DNA of 40,338 nucleotides from a virus (lineage: Duplodnaviria; Caudoviricetes), in IMG/VR virus record IMGVR_UViG_3300032373_000041, positions 1-40,338 of that record, one strand, 5' to 3'. The notes under the pieces were generated by a model. It worked only from the letters and a program-made list of their open reading frames with translations. It had not been told where the DNA came from and searched no databases. Below are positions 16,703-25,777 of this stretch, piece by piece; the first letter of the stretch is position 1; each line of letters starts with the position of its first letter. The position numbers and the translations under genes were made by a program.

Positions 16703-18831
16703 TTATCCAAATCCCCACCCGGACGGTTGCTGCTCATTTTGTGTTCGCCCTCGCGTTCACTCATCTGCATCCGCCGTTCGGCCAAAGATTGCTCCATGTT
16801 GAGCTTCTGAAGGGCTAGTTCCGCTTCAAATTTCGCCTTTTCGCGGGCAAGGTTTGCATCGAACTCAGCCTGCTGGCGAGCTAGGTCCTGCTTCACAGCG
16901 GCTTCCTCGCGCTGGTTTTCCAGACGCTGGGTTGCAATCTGTTGTTCACCCACCAGCTTGGCTTGCTGCATCTGCTGTTCGGATTGCAGTCTTTGAGCTT
17001 CAGCCTGCGCTTGCATCTGATCGGGCGAGGGCTCTTGTGGCTGCTCGCCCTCCCCCCCCTCTTGTGGCTCGTTCAAAAAGTCATCGACGTTCTTGATGCC
17101 AGCGGCGTTGAATTTGCGCTTGACCGCATTGTAAACTTTTTGTGCGTCGATCAATCCCGAATAAGGCGTTTGCTCCAACTCTGCCATCGTCTGAAGGACG
17201 GAATCGGATTGGAACATTTGCTCAGTCTTATCCCCCATGCCAAGGCCAACCGAAATCTTAACATCCATCTCAGGCCAACCACGAGGGTCCATCGGCACCC
17301 AATCACTACGGAGCCTGATTATCCGCTTCCGTGGCTGATGCTTGGTCACCAGACCAAGAATAAGCTTAAACAAGCGACTTACACCCGTCTCCGCGAAGGT
17401 CCGGGCAATCATTTCAGAGCGTGCATTCTTGCCGCTCTGGATCATACTCATTTCAGTTGCAGTGGTTTGACCAGACTTCCGCAGTGTATTGGTATCAAGC
17501 CCCTGACCGGCGCGTGAAATGCCGGTGTTTTCTTCAACCTTCTTGTCCAGCAGCTCCATCATTGGATAGGTTTGATGAGCTGTGAACTTAACTGCATCGC
17601 TAAGCTGGAACTGGCTCATGTCCCTAACCATGACTGCAGCGCCGGGTGTGTTGTCCTCTAAGCTATCGCCTGTCGAGCCATCCGCCCGCTCACCGCCCTC
17701 GCCAACAATGGGGCGGGGATTATTCGACTTGTAAAGATTGTCCAGCATTTGCCGCCAGAGAACCGTTCCTATTCGCTGCTCCTGAAGCGCCCGATCGGCC
17801 AGTGAATGGCCATAGACCTTGTGGGGCATTGGAATGGGGCAAAGAGAGGCGAACGGGCTTTCATCAACCTCATCATTGAACAGAATAACATCGCCAACAC
17901 GCATTATGCGTCGAAGCTCAGCGATCCCATCACCATCATAGTCTAGCCGGACATATTCATCACGAAAGGCCATTCGGTCATTTGATCGCTGCGGCGCGTC
18001 AATACTGCCGTCTGTTACATTTTCATCGTCAAAGCGGGCTTGGCGGAGTGTGTTGTCAGAAACACTTGATGTATACGTAGGAAGCTCGTCAATGATCTCA
18101 GGATCAAAGCCAAGTTCCAGTAGGTCGGAGCGCGTCATATTCGCCGGGACATGGGCGGTGTAATTGGCCTCCTCGACGGAACGCGACATCGAACTGATAC
18201 GAAATTCTTCAGGTGGGATATTGACCACCTTTACGCGGCCATCAGGAACCATCTTGCCAACAGCGGCAACACCGCCCTCTTCACCAAGATAGTTTGGATC
18301 GGCGCGCACCATTTCAGCGATCAACTCGTCTTCCAAGACAATCTGTTCAGCCTCTAGACGCGGTTGATCTTCCCACCATACCTTCACCACACCCAGCTTG
18401 CTTAGAAGCGCATCTTTGAACCAACTGGACATGATGACGAAGCCGGGATTGTCGATGTTGAACACGTAATTCACATATTCGGTCGCTTGCTCGGCTGTCT
18501 TAACGTCTTCAGGCCCGCGCGGTGAGAACACTACGGTTTCATCGCTGCTAACAAACGGCTTCAAGATGCTGGCCAAGGCATTATCGACCACAAGGGCAAC
18601 CGTGCCATCGACCACGGACGACCCGCCCTCTTCGGCAGGAACATCGTCCATGATGCCATTGTAATAATCCAGCGCGGTTTCTTGCGACGAACTTATTTCA
18701 TCATCGCCGCCCGGTTCATAACCGATAGCCTGAGCTTCATGCTGCCCAAGAATAGAAAGCAATTCATCATCAGGCATGGCCTCCCCACTCTCAAAAGCGT
18801 CGAGAGTTTCCGGTGCGGCTTGCATTTCCAT
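16699..18831 (-). CDS. Portal protein (P22/SU10-like, long C-terminal coiled coil)
   Basis: ALDYYNG, FKDALLSKLGVVKVWW, PIPMPH, Gln-rich barrel; start moved to MEMQ (TAATG coupling). Confidence 0.9.
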   Translation of the reverse strand: MEMQAAPETLDAFESGEAMPDDELLSILGQHEAQAIGYEPGGDDEISSSQETALDYYNGIMDDVPAEEGGSSVVDGTVALVVDNALASILKPFVSSDETVVFSPRGPEDVKTAEQATEYVNYVFNIDNPGFVIMSSWFKDALLSKLGVVKVWWEDQPRLEAEQIVLEDELIAEMVRADPNYLGEEGGVAAVGKMVPDGRVKVVNIPPEEFRISSMSRSVEEANYTAHVPANMTRSDLLELGFDPEIIDELPTYTSSVSDNTLRQARFDDENVTDGSIDAPQRSNDRMAFRDEYVRLDYDGDGIAELRRIMRVGDVILFNDEVDESPFASLCPIPMPHKVYGHSLADRALQEQRIGTVLWRQMLDNLYKSNNPRPIVGEGGERADGSTGDSLEDNTPGAAVMVRDMSQFQLSDAVKFTAHQTYPMMELLDKKVEENTGISRAGQGLDTNTLRKSGQTTATEMSMIQSGKNARSEMIARTFAETGVSRLFKLILGLVTKHQPRKRIIRLRSDWVPMDPRGWPEMDVKISVGLGMGDKTEQMFQSDSVLQTMAELEQTPYSGLIDAQKVYNAVKRKFNAAGIKNVDDFLNEPQEGGEGEQPQEPSPDQMQAQAEAQRLQSEQQMQQAKLVGEQQIATQRLENQREEAAVKQDLARQQAEFDANLAREKAKFEAELALQKLNMEQSLAERRMQMSEREGEHKMSSNRPGGDLDK

Positions 18832-18983
18832 TATTTGTTCAGCGTTTCCGCAATAGCCTCTAGGCCATGCTGAAGCGGGCACAGGCGCAATTCCTCCCAT
18901 TTGTCGGGATGACCCGCCTTGAAGCGCTCAACAGCTTCAGTGAAGCTCGGCGCGCTCTGTTTTGGCTTAGTCTTTCGAGCCAT
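18831..18983 (-). CDS. 50-aa hypothetical protein (MARKTKPKQ...), not in ORF track
   Basis: TGATG coupling to terL and TAATG coupling to portal; AGGAG RBS. Confidence 0.7.
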   Translation of the reverse strand: MARKTKPKQSAPSFTEAVERFKAGHPDKWEELRLCPLQHGLEAIAETLNK

Positions 18984-20470
18984 CAAACAACTCCTTTTCG
19001 CATACCTGATTTGAATGGGCGGCTCACAACTGGCGTGGGTCGAATTGCAGCGGCTTCGAATGATTTATAACCGTGTGAAAATTCATCGTGACGGGCGCGG
19101 TCCTTCCAGACCGCCTTATTGTCATCCCACTCTTTTCGGTAATTATCCAAGCAAGTGATCAGACGCGAACAGCGCGTTTCATCAATCCAAACAGTCGGGA
19201 AAAATGAGCGGCTTTCGTCAATGCCGTGTTTCTCGGTTGGAATGCGGCCTAGAATATCAATCGGCGCAATCCCGGCCTCTGTGGCAATTTCCCACTTCTT
19301 CTTGACACTATCGACACCCTGTTGCCGCTGTGCCCCATCGTGCGGAAAATAGTGGCGGCTGTAGCTGTAGCCTTTTTGCAGCAAAACGCCCGCGTAATGC
19401 CCCCAGCTCTCACCGTTGTTTTCGTAATAATCAATTGCGCGGCGCTCGTGTCCAGAGTCCTGCCAGAAAGTAATTGCCGTGCTGTCGTTCAGACCCAAAT
19501 CCCAAGTTGTGTAAACAGATCGATCTTCGACAGGCAGGCGGCTTATCCGCCCCTCTTGTCGAGCCTTCGCCATCTGCTTTGAAAAATACGCACCCTCAAT
19601 ACTTGCCTCGAATGCCTCTTCGGGGGTTGTTGGAAACTCCCGCTTCATGTCATCCTGTTGTTGCTCAGCCTTTTTGACATACCAGGCGCGTTGCTGGCGA
19701 GTCAGAACAACTCCCAAACCCTCTAACTTGTCGAAATGCTCTTGGTCTTCGACCGTCTCACCGACATCATTCGCGAGCTGGTATTTTTCGTCGAGATACC
19801 ACGGGAAGAAATGAAACTTGAAGTCGAGCGGCGTTAGGCTCTCACCCTGCAATTGTCTGTCCTGCGCTGCCTTGCACAGATCAAAGAAATGCCCGCTATG
19901 CCCCTCTGCGGTTGATTCAATGCGTATTTTTTGCCCTACATGGACCGTGTTGAGCGCGCCGGATTTGACCTCTTTAGCCTTTTCGGGGAACTTGGCGCAG
20001 AGCTTGCCGTATTCCGAAATATGCAGCCGCTGAAACGTGCCGGATCGAAGGCTTGTGCCGACGCGAATGCTTGAACCGTTACCAAACCGCATCGAGCGGG
20101 TACTGTCTTGCGTGGCGGGAACAAGGTCGCGGAACTCTTGCGGCAAATTATCGTAGGCAAACCGAATCTTATTGTGAAAGAATGCCTCCGCATCCTCTCT
20201 GTTGTGAGCAATGACACCCGCCGCCGTGTTCGGGATGAACAAGCAATCATCAAGATAGTCCAACTGAATAACAGTCGTGAAACCAAGCTGGCGGGCTTTC
20301 AGTAGTAGATCAAAGCCGTGGGCGTGTTGTAAGAATTGTTCCTGCAGTGGGCGCAGGCAAAACGGGACACTTGCCCCGTCTTCATCTTGAACCATGTAGA
20401 AGCCGTCTCGCAGCCTCGCTAATTTATCAGGCCAGCGCTTGAGGCAGGCGGCTAACCAGTCCCCAGCCAC
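18983..20470 (-). CDS. terL: Terminase large subunit
   Basis: Walker A KARQLGFTT, Walker B LHISE, ESTA coupling motif, nuclease WDLG and PHD motifs. Confidence 0.95.
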   Translation of the reverse strand: MAGDWLAACLKRWPDKLARLRDGFYMVQDEDGASVPFCLRPLQEQFLQHAHGFDLLLKARQLGFTTVIQLDYLDDCLFIPNTAAGVIAHNREDAEAFFHNKIRFAYDNLPQEFRDLVPATQDSTRSMRFGNGSSIRVGTSLRSGTFQRLHISEYGKLCAKFPEKAKEVKSGALNTVHVGQKIRIESTAEGHSGHFFDLCKAAQDRQLQGESLTPLDFKFHFFPWYLDEKYQLANDVGETVEDQEHFDKLEGLGVVLTRQQRAWYVKKAEQQQDDMKREFPTTPEEAFEASIEGAYFSKQMAKARQEGRISRLPVEDRSVYTTWDLGLNDSTAITFWQDSGHERRAIDYYENNGESWGHYAGVLLQKGYSYSRHYFPHDGAQRQQGVDSVKKKWEIATEAGIAPIDILGRIPTEKHGIDESRSFFPTVWIDETRCSRLITCLDNYRKEWDDNKAVWKDRARHDEFSHGYKSFEAAAIRPTPVVSRPFKSGMRKGVV

Positions 20471-20772
20471 TTTTTCAATTCTGGCGACAAATCACCAACA
20501 ATGGTTGCGTCAATGTCTTTTGGTAACATGCCAGCGATCATCTTTGCGTAATCACCTGGCTTTTCCTCGCGCATAACCCTGATTGCATCAGCGCCTGATT
20601 TCTCAAAATCCTCCATGACAGCCTGACAAAAGTTCTCACTTAATATCGCCCGCGCCCCCTTAGGTCTACCAGCAGGATTGCCGGATTGCCCCGGCCTCCA
20701 AGGAGGCGCAAGATTGGAGCTTTTCTTCTTCGGTGTTTTTTCCGGTGTAACATCACCCTTGGTCTTAGCCAT
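20452..20772 (-). CDS. terS: Terminase small subunit
   Basis: WRPGQSGNPAGRPKG (DUF5681-type) motif; overlaps terL. Confidence 0.8.
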   Translation of the reverse strand: MAKTKGDVTPEKTPKKKSSNLAPPWRPGQSGNPAGRPKGARAILSENFCQAVMEDFEKSGADAIRVMREEKPGDYAKMIAGMLPKDIDATIVGDLSPELKKWLGTG

Positions 20773-20820
20773 ATTTCCTCGCTTCCCCGCTCCGTTTCCG
20801 GTGGGCGGTCATTGCTTGGT

Positions 20821-20964
20821 TTAGGAACCCAGAAGCCTCTTTATCTGGTTTATGTCTCTAGCCGATACTGTGACCTCGCCAGATTCTACTCTTGGGTTTG
20901 CAGGCATCATGCGTTCGATCTTGCGTGCCATGCTCTTGCGTTTTTGGCGTGGAGTGCGAGCCAT
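20821..20964 (-). CDS. 47-aa basic hypothetical protein
   Basis: TGATG coupling; MARTPRQKRK... Confidence 0.5.
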   Translation of the reverse strand: MARTPRQKRKSMARKIERMMPANPRVESGEVTVSARDINQIKRLLGS

Positions 20965-21080
20965 CAGAAAACCGTTGTCAGAACAAACGCGCCGACAACG
21001 CCAATCGCAACCAGTGCAATCTTGATCTTGTTACGCACTGCCCATGCGGCTGCGCTGTCGAGATATTCGCCTAGGTTCAT
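20964..21080 (-). CDS. 38-aa membrane peptide
   Basis: ATGA overlap; IALVAIGVVGAFVLTTVF. Confidence 0.55.
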   Translation of the reverse strand: MNLGEYLDSAAAWAVRNKIKIALVAIGVVGAFVLTTVF

Positions 21081-21226
21081 GATCCTACACCCTCAATGCC
21101 AACTGTGCTGCCGTCATCCTTGTTGCCTACGCACATAGAGGTTCCGAAGAATGGGAACACTTTCAGGCCACCGTCTCCGATCAGGCCACCCCATGATTCT
21201 GTCGTATCTCGCGTTCCTTCAGTCAT
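21077..21226 (-). CDS. Small hypothetical protein (MTEGTRD...)
   Basis: Member of an overlapping chain of small ORFs. Confidence 0.4.
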   Translation of the reverse strand: MTEGTRDTTESWGGLIGDGGLKVFPFFGTSMCVGNKDDGSTVGIEGVGS

Positions 21227-21329
21227 TGGGATCGCCCTTCTTAATTCCGTAGACCACAACACATGCGATAATGAATGCGATGCAGACTGTGGCGAATGGC
21301 CAGCCAAGGTGAAGAATTGAGTTCAGCAT
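21219..21329 (-). CDS. 36-aa membrane peptide
   Basis: AGGAG RBS; WPFATVCIAFIIACVVVYGIKK. Confidence 0.55.
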   Translation of the reverse strand: MLNSILHLGWPFATVCIAFIIACVVVYGIKKGDPND

Positions 21330-21757
21330 ATCAATCTACTCCTTCCTTCTTTGGGCGCGCGTGCCGCGCCGTTCGGTGGGGCCTCTTGGAAAAAACCGGG
21401 GTCCATAGACCCGGAATAAAACACGTCGGGTTCCGCTGCTACCTCCACTTCAGGCGTTACCTTATCGAACACCGTTTGCAGGTGGTCTTTAATGAGAACC
21501 CACTGCGCGAGGCTTGGCACACCTTCGACCGCCTCCGAACAACCCTGCATCCAATATGTGAATTGCTCCGGTGTCATAACTGGCCTTTCGTGATTAACCC
21601 CATGCAGCAACGCTCGCTCCGCATCGTGGCGGTTTCTTACTTGATCGGCGGTGCATGGGTGGACGCGCTTGGCGTCGAATGAGAAAAAGCCGCTAACCTT
21701 TTCAGGCGCGGCTCTTGGACTTTGGCGATCCATTGCATATTTTCCCGCATAAGTCAA
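21323..21757 (-). CDS. Hypothetical phage protein
   Basis: Coupled ORF; start uncertain (internal MTPEQFTYWMQG is possible). Confidence 0.6.
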   Translation of the reverse strand: MTYAGKYAMDRQSPRAAPEKVSGFFSFDAKRVHPCTADQVRNRHDAERALLHGVNHERPVMTPEQFTYWMQGCSEAVEGVPSLAQWVLIKDHLQTVFDKVTPEVEVAAEPDVFYSGSMDPGFFQEAPPNGAARAPKEGRSRLIC

Positions 21758-22077
21758 GGGGCGCTGACTTTTAGTTTAGCAAAGGCAATTGCCCGCATAT
21801 CTTCAAGGTGTTTCTCCTGCGTGTTGTTCACGCCTTCCGATTGCTTGCCTTGGGTTGGCCTAAGTCCGCAACGCCATAGCTCATCAATAAGGCCCTGCGC
21901 TTCATCCTCCGTAATTAGAAGAAACGGATCGACAAGTGCGCCTTGTGGCCCATCTTCAAATGAGACGGGTTGGGCATAGCGGTTTACCCCATCGCCTTCG
22001 GTATGCGCGCAATAGAGCGCGATTTGTTGGCCATAGGCGCGGCGCTCGGCTGCTAGTCGGTGTCCCTGTATGCTCAT
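21754..22077 (-). CDS. Hypothetical phage protein
   Basis: ATGA coupling. Confidence 0.7.
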   Translation of the reverse strand: MSIQGHRLAAERRAYGQQIALYCAHTEGDGVNRYAQPVSFEDGPQGALVDPFLLITEDEAQGLIDELWRCGLRPTQGKQSEGVNNTQEKHLEDMRAIAFAKLKVSAP

Positions 22078-22580
22078 ACCATCATCCTTCGTGCTGCAAA
22101 CTTTAATTCAAAGCGCGCCATCTGAACCGACAGCCTGCCCTTTGGTTCGATTGAAACAACCTTGCCGCCCTTATACCGTTCGCGGCCTCCGTATTGCTTG
22201 CAGGACCATTGCGTCAGGCTCATATCATCCACGGCAATCGCGTGCGTTATGTGCTTCAAGCTGCCGAGAAGGCCATTCAGGCGGTCTGTTTCGATCTTTG
22301 CGCTGGTGATAGTCACACCAGGCCCGTTTCCGCCCCCACGCGGCGTAAAATCGCAGCTATCGCGCACTGGTGACTTTTCAGCCAATCCGGCTTGTTCGCG
22401 GTAATGGCTTAGGGCGTCGAACTCGCCTTGCGTCAGATCCCCGCGTTCCTTCAGGATTAGTATGGATGGCTTAACCTTGCGCGCCATGCCAGCAGATACG
22501 GTTTCGTTGTGCTGTTCGCGAAACGGGTTTACAGTTGCCTTGTCGGCTTTCTTTTTCCGCTGGTGCTTGGTTCTAGCCAT
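22074..22580 (-). CDS. Putative late-gene regulator (Q-position protein)
   Basis: Basic helical protein at the end of the early right operon; function inferred from position only. Confidence 0.45.
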   Translation of the reverse strand: MARTKHQRKKKADKATVNPFREQHNETVSAGMARKVKPSILILKERGDLTQGEFDALSHYREQAGLAEKSPVRDSCDFTPRGGGNGPGVTITSAKIETDRLNGLLGSLKHITHAIAVDDMSLTQWSCKQYGGRERYKGGKVVSIEPKGRLSVQMARFELKFAARRMMV

Positions 22581-23104
22581 TAGGCTGCATCCCTTCCGAT
22601 AAATTCAGCAGGAGCTGTGCTGTCACTGTCGAACAGATACCAGCAACAATTATCCTTTCCGGTGAATGGCGAGTCCGCAATCCACTTGACGCGGCCAACG
22701 CTCACAACGCGCCGCAAGCGGGGCAGATATGGCGCTGCTTGCTTGGTGTGCATCCAGTCGGCATCAAACAACAGCCAAGCTGGGTGTTGATCTGAAAGGT
22801 GGACAATCAACTCATGCAGAATAGGTCGCGCCCAAGGCGGGTTTGTAATAAAGCAGTCAATGTTTCCAATAAGGCGATCTGTCGCATCGTGCCTGTCAAT
22901 ATCGTCGCGTTGTGGCTCAATATCCCAAGCAGAGGCGCAGCGATGCCCTGCGCCGCTTAAGTGGTCGATCAGTGCACCATTGCCAGCACACGGCTCACAA
23001 TATCGCGTGTTCGGCGTTAGGTGTGGCAGCAGGGGCAGAACCGCCGCTTCTGGTGTGGGGTAATAGTCGCGCGGTTTGCGCTCAAAGTTTGATCGCTTCC
23101 CCAT
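22580..23104 (-). CDS. N6-adenine DNA methyltransferase (small, orphan)
   Basis: DYYPTP, EPCAGNG (SAM binding), ITNPPW (catalytic). Confidence 0.85.
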   Translation of the reverse strand: MGKRSNFERKPRDYYPTPEAAVLPLLPHLTPNTRYCEPCAGNGALIDHLSGAGHRCASAWDIEPQRDDIDRHDATDRLIGNIDCFITNPPWARPILHELIVHLSDQHPAWLLFDADWMHTKQAAPYLPRLRRVVSVGRVKWIADSPFTGKDNCCWYLFDSDSTAPAEFIGRDAA

Positions 23105-23137
23105 TAGGCTGCATCCCCTAAGTCTAATCCGGTTTGC

Positions 23138-23335
23138 TCACGCTTTGCGAACGGCGATAATGTCACCCGCTTGGCCCGTATGCTTCCAAACCAATTGCGC
23201 GGCGGTGTAGCTAATCCGGCGATCGACAAAGCCACATCGCAACTGGATGAAATACCGCTGGCCATTGCGAGGCGGCGAACGCTGGCCAGATATTTTGGTG
23301 AAGCCGTCTGCAATGTCAGGCTCTAGCGGGGGCAA
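23138..23335 (-). CDS. Hypothetical protein
   Basis: Protein-like composition; overlaps the upstream gene end. Confidence 0.5.
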   Translation of the reverse strand: MPPLEPDIADGFTKISGQRSPPRNGQRYFIQLRCGFVDRRISYTAAQLVWKHTGQAGDIIAVRKA

Positions 23336-23615
23336 GTTTCACCCCTTGTGCTGCCATGCGGTGCAGCCAGCTCACATAGCCCTTCGTGCGGTTGGCGTCC
23401 CACCCTGCATATTCAGGCAAAACGCCATCCATGTAATTGTGGATTGCCGCACCGTCCGCGCCCTCGATAACCTCGCACCGCTCAACGCCGTTAATCTCTT
23501 TGACGAAATACCAACGCGACATTTGGGCTGTCAGCGGTTTGCGGTTTTGCTCGTCGCACCACCCCAAAACATCGGTTTTCGTTGTCTGTTCGTAGCCTGT
23601 CAGCGGATTAGTCAT
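23316..23615 (-). CDS. Hypothetical protein downstream of replication initiator
   Basis: Overlaps the initiator stop. Confidence 0.6.
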   Translation of the reverse strand: MTNPLTGYEQTTKTDVLGWCDEQNRKPLTAQMSRWYFVKEINGVERCEVIEGADGAAIHNYMDGVLPEYAGWDANRTKGYVSWLHRMAAQGVKLAPARA

Positions 23616-24321
23616 CGTAATTCCCTTCAAGGGTTTTTTGGAAGTTTGCTGCCTTCATGATCCAATCGAACGTCGCGCCCTTCCAGTTCGTGTCGCCGCG
23701 CAAAAAAGGGCTGCGCTGGCACTTGCCAAACACGGCAACAAAATCTTCGATTGAGTATTGGGCTATTCGAGCCTTCACCAACTGCCTTCGGCTTGGTGTC
23801 ATATCGCGAACAAGCGGACGGCCAATTTTGCTGGCAACCTCATTCCACTTTTCAAAAATATGTTCGGGCTTGAGTGCATCGCTAGATGCACAAGTAGCTT
23901 TAGCTACTCTTTCTTCTGTATCTGTCTCTGTATCTTCTTCTTGCGCCGTTACAGTAACCGTTTCGGAACGTTTCATTACGTTTCGCGATTGTTTTTGTTG
24001 TCTTTTTCTGTATTCCTGAACGCGCTTCGTTGAGCCATCACTACGGAATTGCAAATCATCCCAAGCAATAGGATTTAGGCCGTCATCGACTAGCCCAACC
24101 TCACGAAGGCGGCGCGAAATTTCATCCAATTCCCGCAACTGAACACCAAGCCCCACGGCTATTTCGCGCTGCCTCATTTCGGTGTCTGGTTTATCCAAAA
24201 GGCCGTTGGATTTTAGGCAGCAAAGCGCCACGAAATGCCAGCGATCCTCGAAAGCTAATAGCTTCAATTTGGTGTCGTCAATTATGCGGCTGTAGAGCCG
24301 GAACCAAGGAAGTTTGCTCAT
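23608..24321 (-). CDS. Replication initiator (lambda O analogue/replisome organiser)
   Basis: LPWFRLY...DTKL N-terminus, WDDLQ..S..STKRVQEYRKR, low-complexity linker, ATFDWIMK..NFQKTLEGNY C-terminus. Confidence 0.85.
   Translation of the reverse strand: MSKLPWFRLYSRIIDDTKLKLLAFEDRWHFVALCCLKSNGLLDKPDTEMRQREIAVGLGVQLRELDEISRRLREVGLVDDGLNPIAWDDLQFRSDGSTKRVQEYRKRQQKQSRNVMKRSETVTVTAQEEDTETDTEERVAKATCASSDALKPEHIFEKWNEVASKIGRPLVRDMTPSRRQLVKARIAQYSIEDFVAVFGKCQRSPFLRGDTNWKGATFDWIMKAANFQKTLEGNYDD
23910..24015. other. Putative replication origin inside initiator gene
   Basis: CGTTTC at 23959, 23969 and 23979 (10-bp period), TCTGTATCT repeats and an adjacent T-rich tract. Confidence 0.5.
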
Positions 24322-24626
24322 TGCAGCAACTCCCCAAACGTATCGAGGCTAATCACAATCAACGTTTCGCCACGGTCCTGGCGGAATGCTGCGAAGTCTG
24401 CCCCCTCAAGCGCATCTGTGATAATCTTGGGCAATTGCTTGCGCCGCTTGGCTTCGCCGCTGAATACCGTCTTGCCGTCAAAGCCAGCGGTAACTTCAAC
24501 ATCATTCTTGGCGTAGTCTGTCGCACCCGAAAGCGGGACGCGCTGCGCCTTTAGGCCCATGCTCGTAAAGTCGTTGACCAGCTCGCGTTCAAAGCGTGCG
24601 CCCTTGTCGCGTGAAGCCTTACCCAT
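24318..24626 (-). CDS. PD-(D/E)XK Holliday junction resolvase-like nuclease
   Basis: SRDKGARFERE...RVPLSGA...D...EAKRR. Confidence 0.8.
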   Translation of the reverse strand: MGKASRDKGARFERELVNDFTSMGLKAQRVPLSGATDYAKNDVEVTAGFDGKTVFSGEAKRRKQLPKIITDALEGADFAAFRQDRGETLIVISLDTFGELLQ

Positions 24627-25221
24627 CCATCGGCTCCCTATCGCGCAGCATCAAATATGCCTCTGTGACGCGCGGATCGAGCCGCTCGTAAATGTCGAAA
24701 TTCCGTATCCAGTTGATAACTGTCGAATGATCGCGCCCGCCCAAAACACGGCCTATCGTGGGGTAGGACAGGTTGCGGTCATGTAAGATGCGGCCAAGCA
24801 CTGCCCTTGCCCAAACAAGCGGACGCCTGCGGGCCTTGCCGACAAGATCGGAAACGCTAATTTCGAATATGCTTGCAATCTCGCGCTTCAATACATCAAG
24901 CGGCAAACGGCCATTCTTGGGATGGTGCAGGGTTGAGTAAATGGATTGAAGCCGTGCCTCGCCTTTCATTTGTTTGCGGTGCAGTATGGCTTCCTGATGC
25001 TTTATCGCTGCTGATTGGTGTGCGCGTATGCGAGCAATCGAAATCATAAAACCAACCCGCCAACGGCGGCGGCGGCAGACACGGCAGCGCACTACGTTGC
25101 CGACACGCTGCGTTGTGGCTTCGGTGCGATGATGGCCACACGGCCATATTTTGCCCAAAGCAGTTAGGAATCTTGTGTTGGCCCTTTGGGCTGTTGCTAC
25201 CGCCTGGTTCACGCCTTGCAT
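24619..25221 (-). CDS. Protein with DnaA C-terminal-like HTH domain and N-terminal Cys/His motif
   Basis: LSYPTIGRVLGGRDHSTVI matches the DnaA domain IV signature; PCGH...CRVC. Confidence 0.8.
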   Translation of the reverse strand: MQGVNQAVATAQRANTRFLTALGKIWPCGHHRTEATTQRVGNVVRCRVCRRRRWRVGFMISIARIRAHQSAAIKHQEAILHRKQMKGEARLQSIYSTLHHPKNGRLPLDVLKREIASIFEISVSDLVGKARRRPLVWARAVLGRILHDRNLSYPTIGRVLGGRDHSTVINWIRNFDIYERLDPRVTEAYLMLRDREPMDG

Positions 25222-25490
25222 CCAAGCCCCCCTGTGCCGAACATTTCGTCTTGAATGATTTTGGGGGCGTTTCGGCGCGTCCGGTCCTTAGCCCTGTTCA
25301 GCTCGCCAGCATTGATTAGCGGGCCTTTGGCAAGCGCCTTGACGCGCTCAGATGTAAGCTGCCCGAAGAATGCAGAGCGCTCCGCTTCAATTTCCTTTCG
25401 CGGAACTGCATTGTCGCGAGCTATCGCAGCCACGCTCTCTCCGCGCATAAGCGCCACCTGAACGTCAGACAGTTTGGTTGAATTTGGCAT
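25209..25490 (-). CDS. Small HTH-like hypothetical protein
   Basis: GESVAAIARDNAVP. Confidence 0.55.
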   Translation of the reverse strand: MPNSTKLSDVQVALMRGESVAAIARDNAVPRKEIEAERSAFFGQLTSERVKALAKGPLINAGELNRAKDRTRRNAPKIIQDEMFGTGGLGCKA

Positions 25491-25647
25491 TTTCTGACAA
25501 CTCCTCGATTACTCGCTGCACCTCCACAGGCGTCAATCCGTAGGATCGGGCTAGGCTGTCAGCATTTGGGGTTCCTGTCGCATTCTCAAGACAGGCACGG
25601 AGCGCATCGAATTTTGCGCTTTTGATCTGTTCGGATTTGCGGCTCAT
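25465..25647 (-). CDS. Small HTH-like hypothetical protein (MSRKSEQ...)
   Basis: AGGAGGAGG RBS; SLARSYGLTPVEVQRVI. Confidence 0.6.
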   Translation of the reverse strand: MSRKSEQIKSAKFDALRACLENATGTPNADSLARSYGLTPVEVQRVIEELSENAKFNQTV

Positions 25648-25777
25648 CGCGCCCTCCTCCTGAGGGAACGAGTCCACTCTCTGTTGAATTTGCGACGGAG
25701 ACAGCGCAGCCGCGTCAGCATCCACCAGCGGCGTGTTTGCAGCCATGTTTGGCGCTGGCCTTGTTCTATTGCGGAAG

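Noticed and set aside
18832-18900. N-terminal extension of the portal in the ORF track; likewise the long starts for cI (27557), cro (27714) and int (35676)
   Set aside because: They overlap a coupled small gene, the operators or xis; downstream ATGs fit RBS and coupling better.
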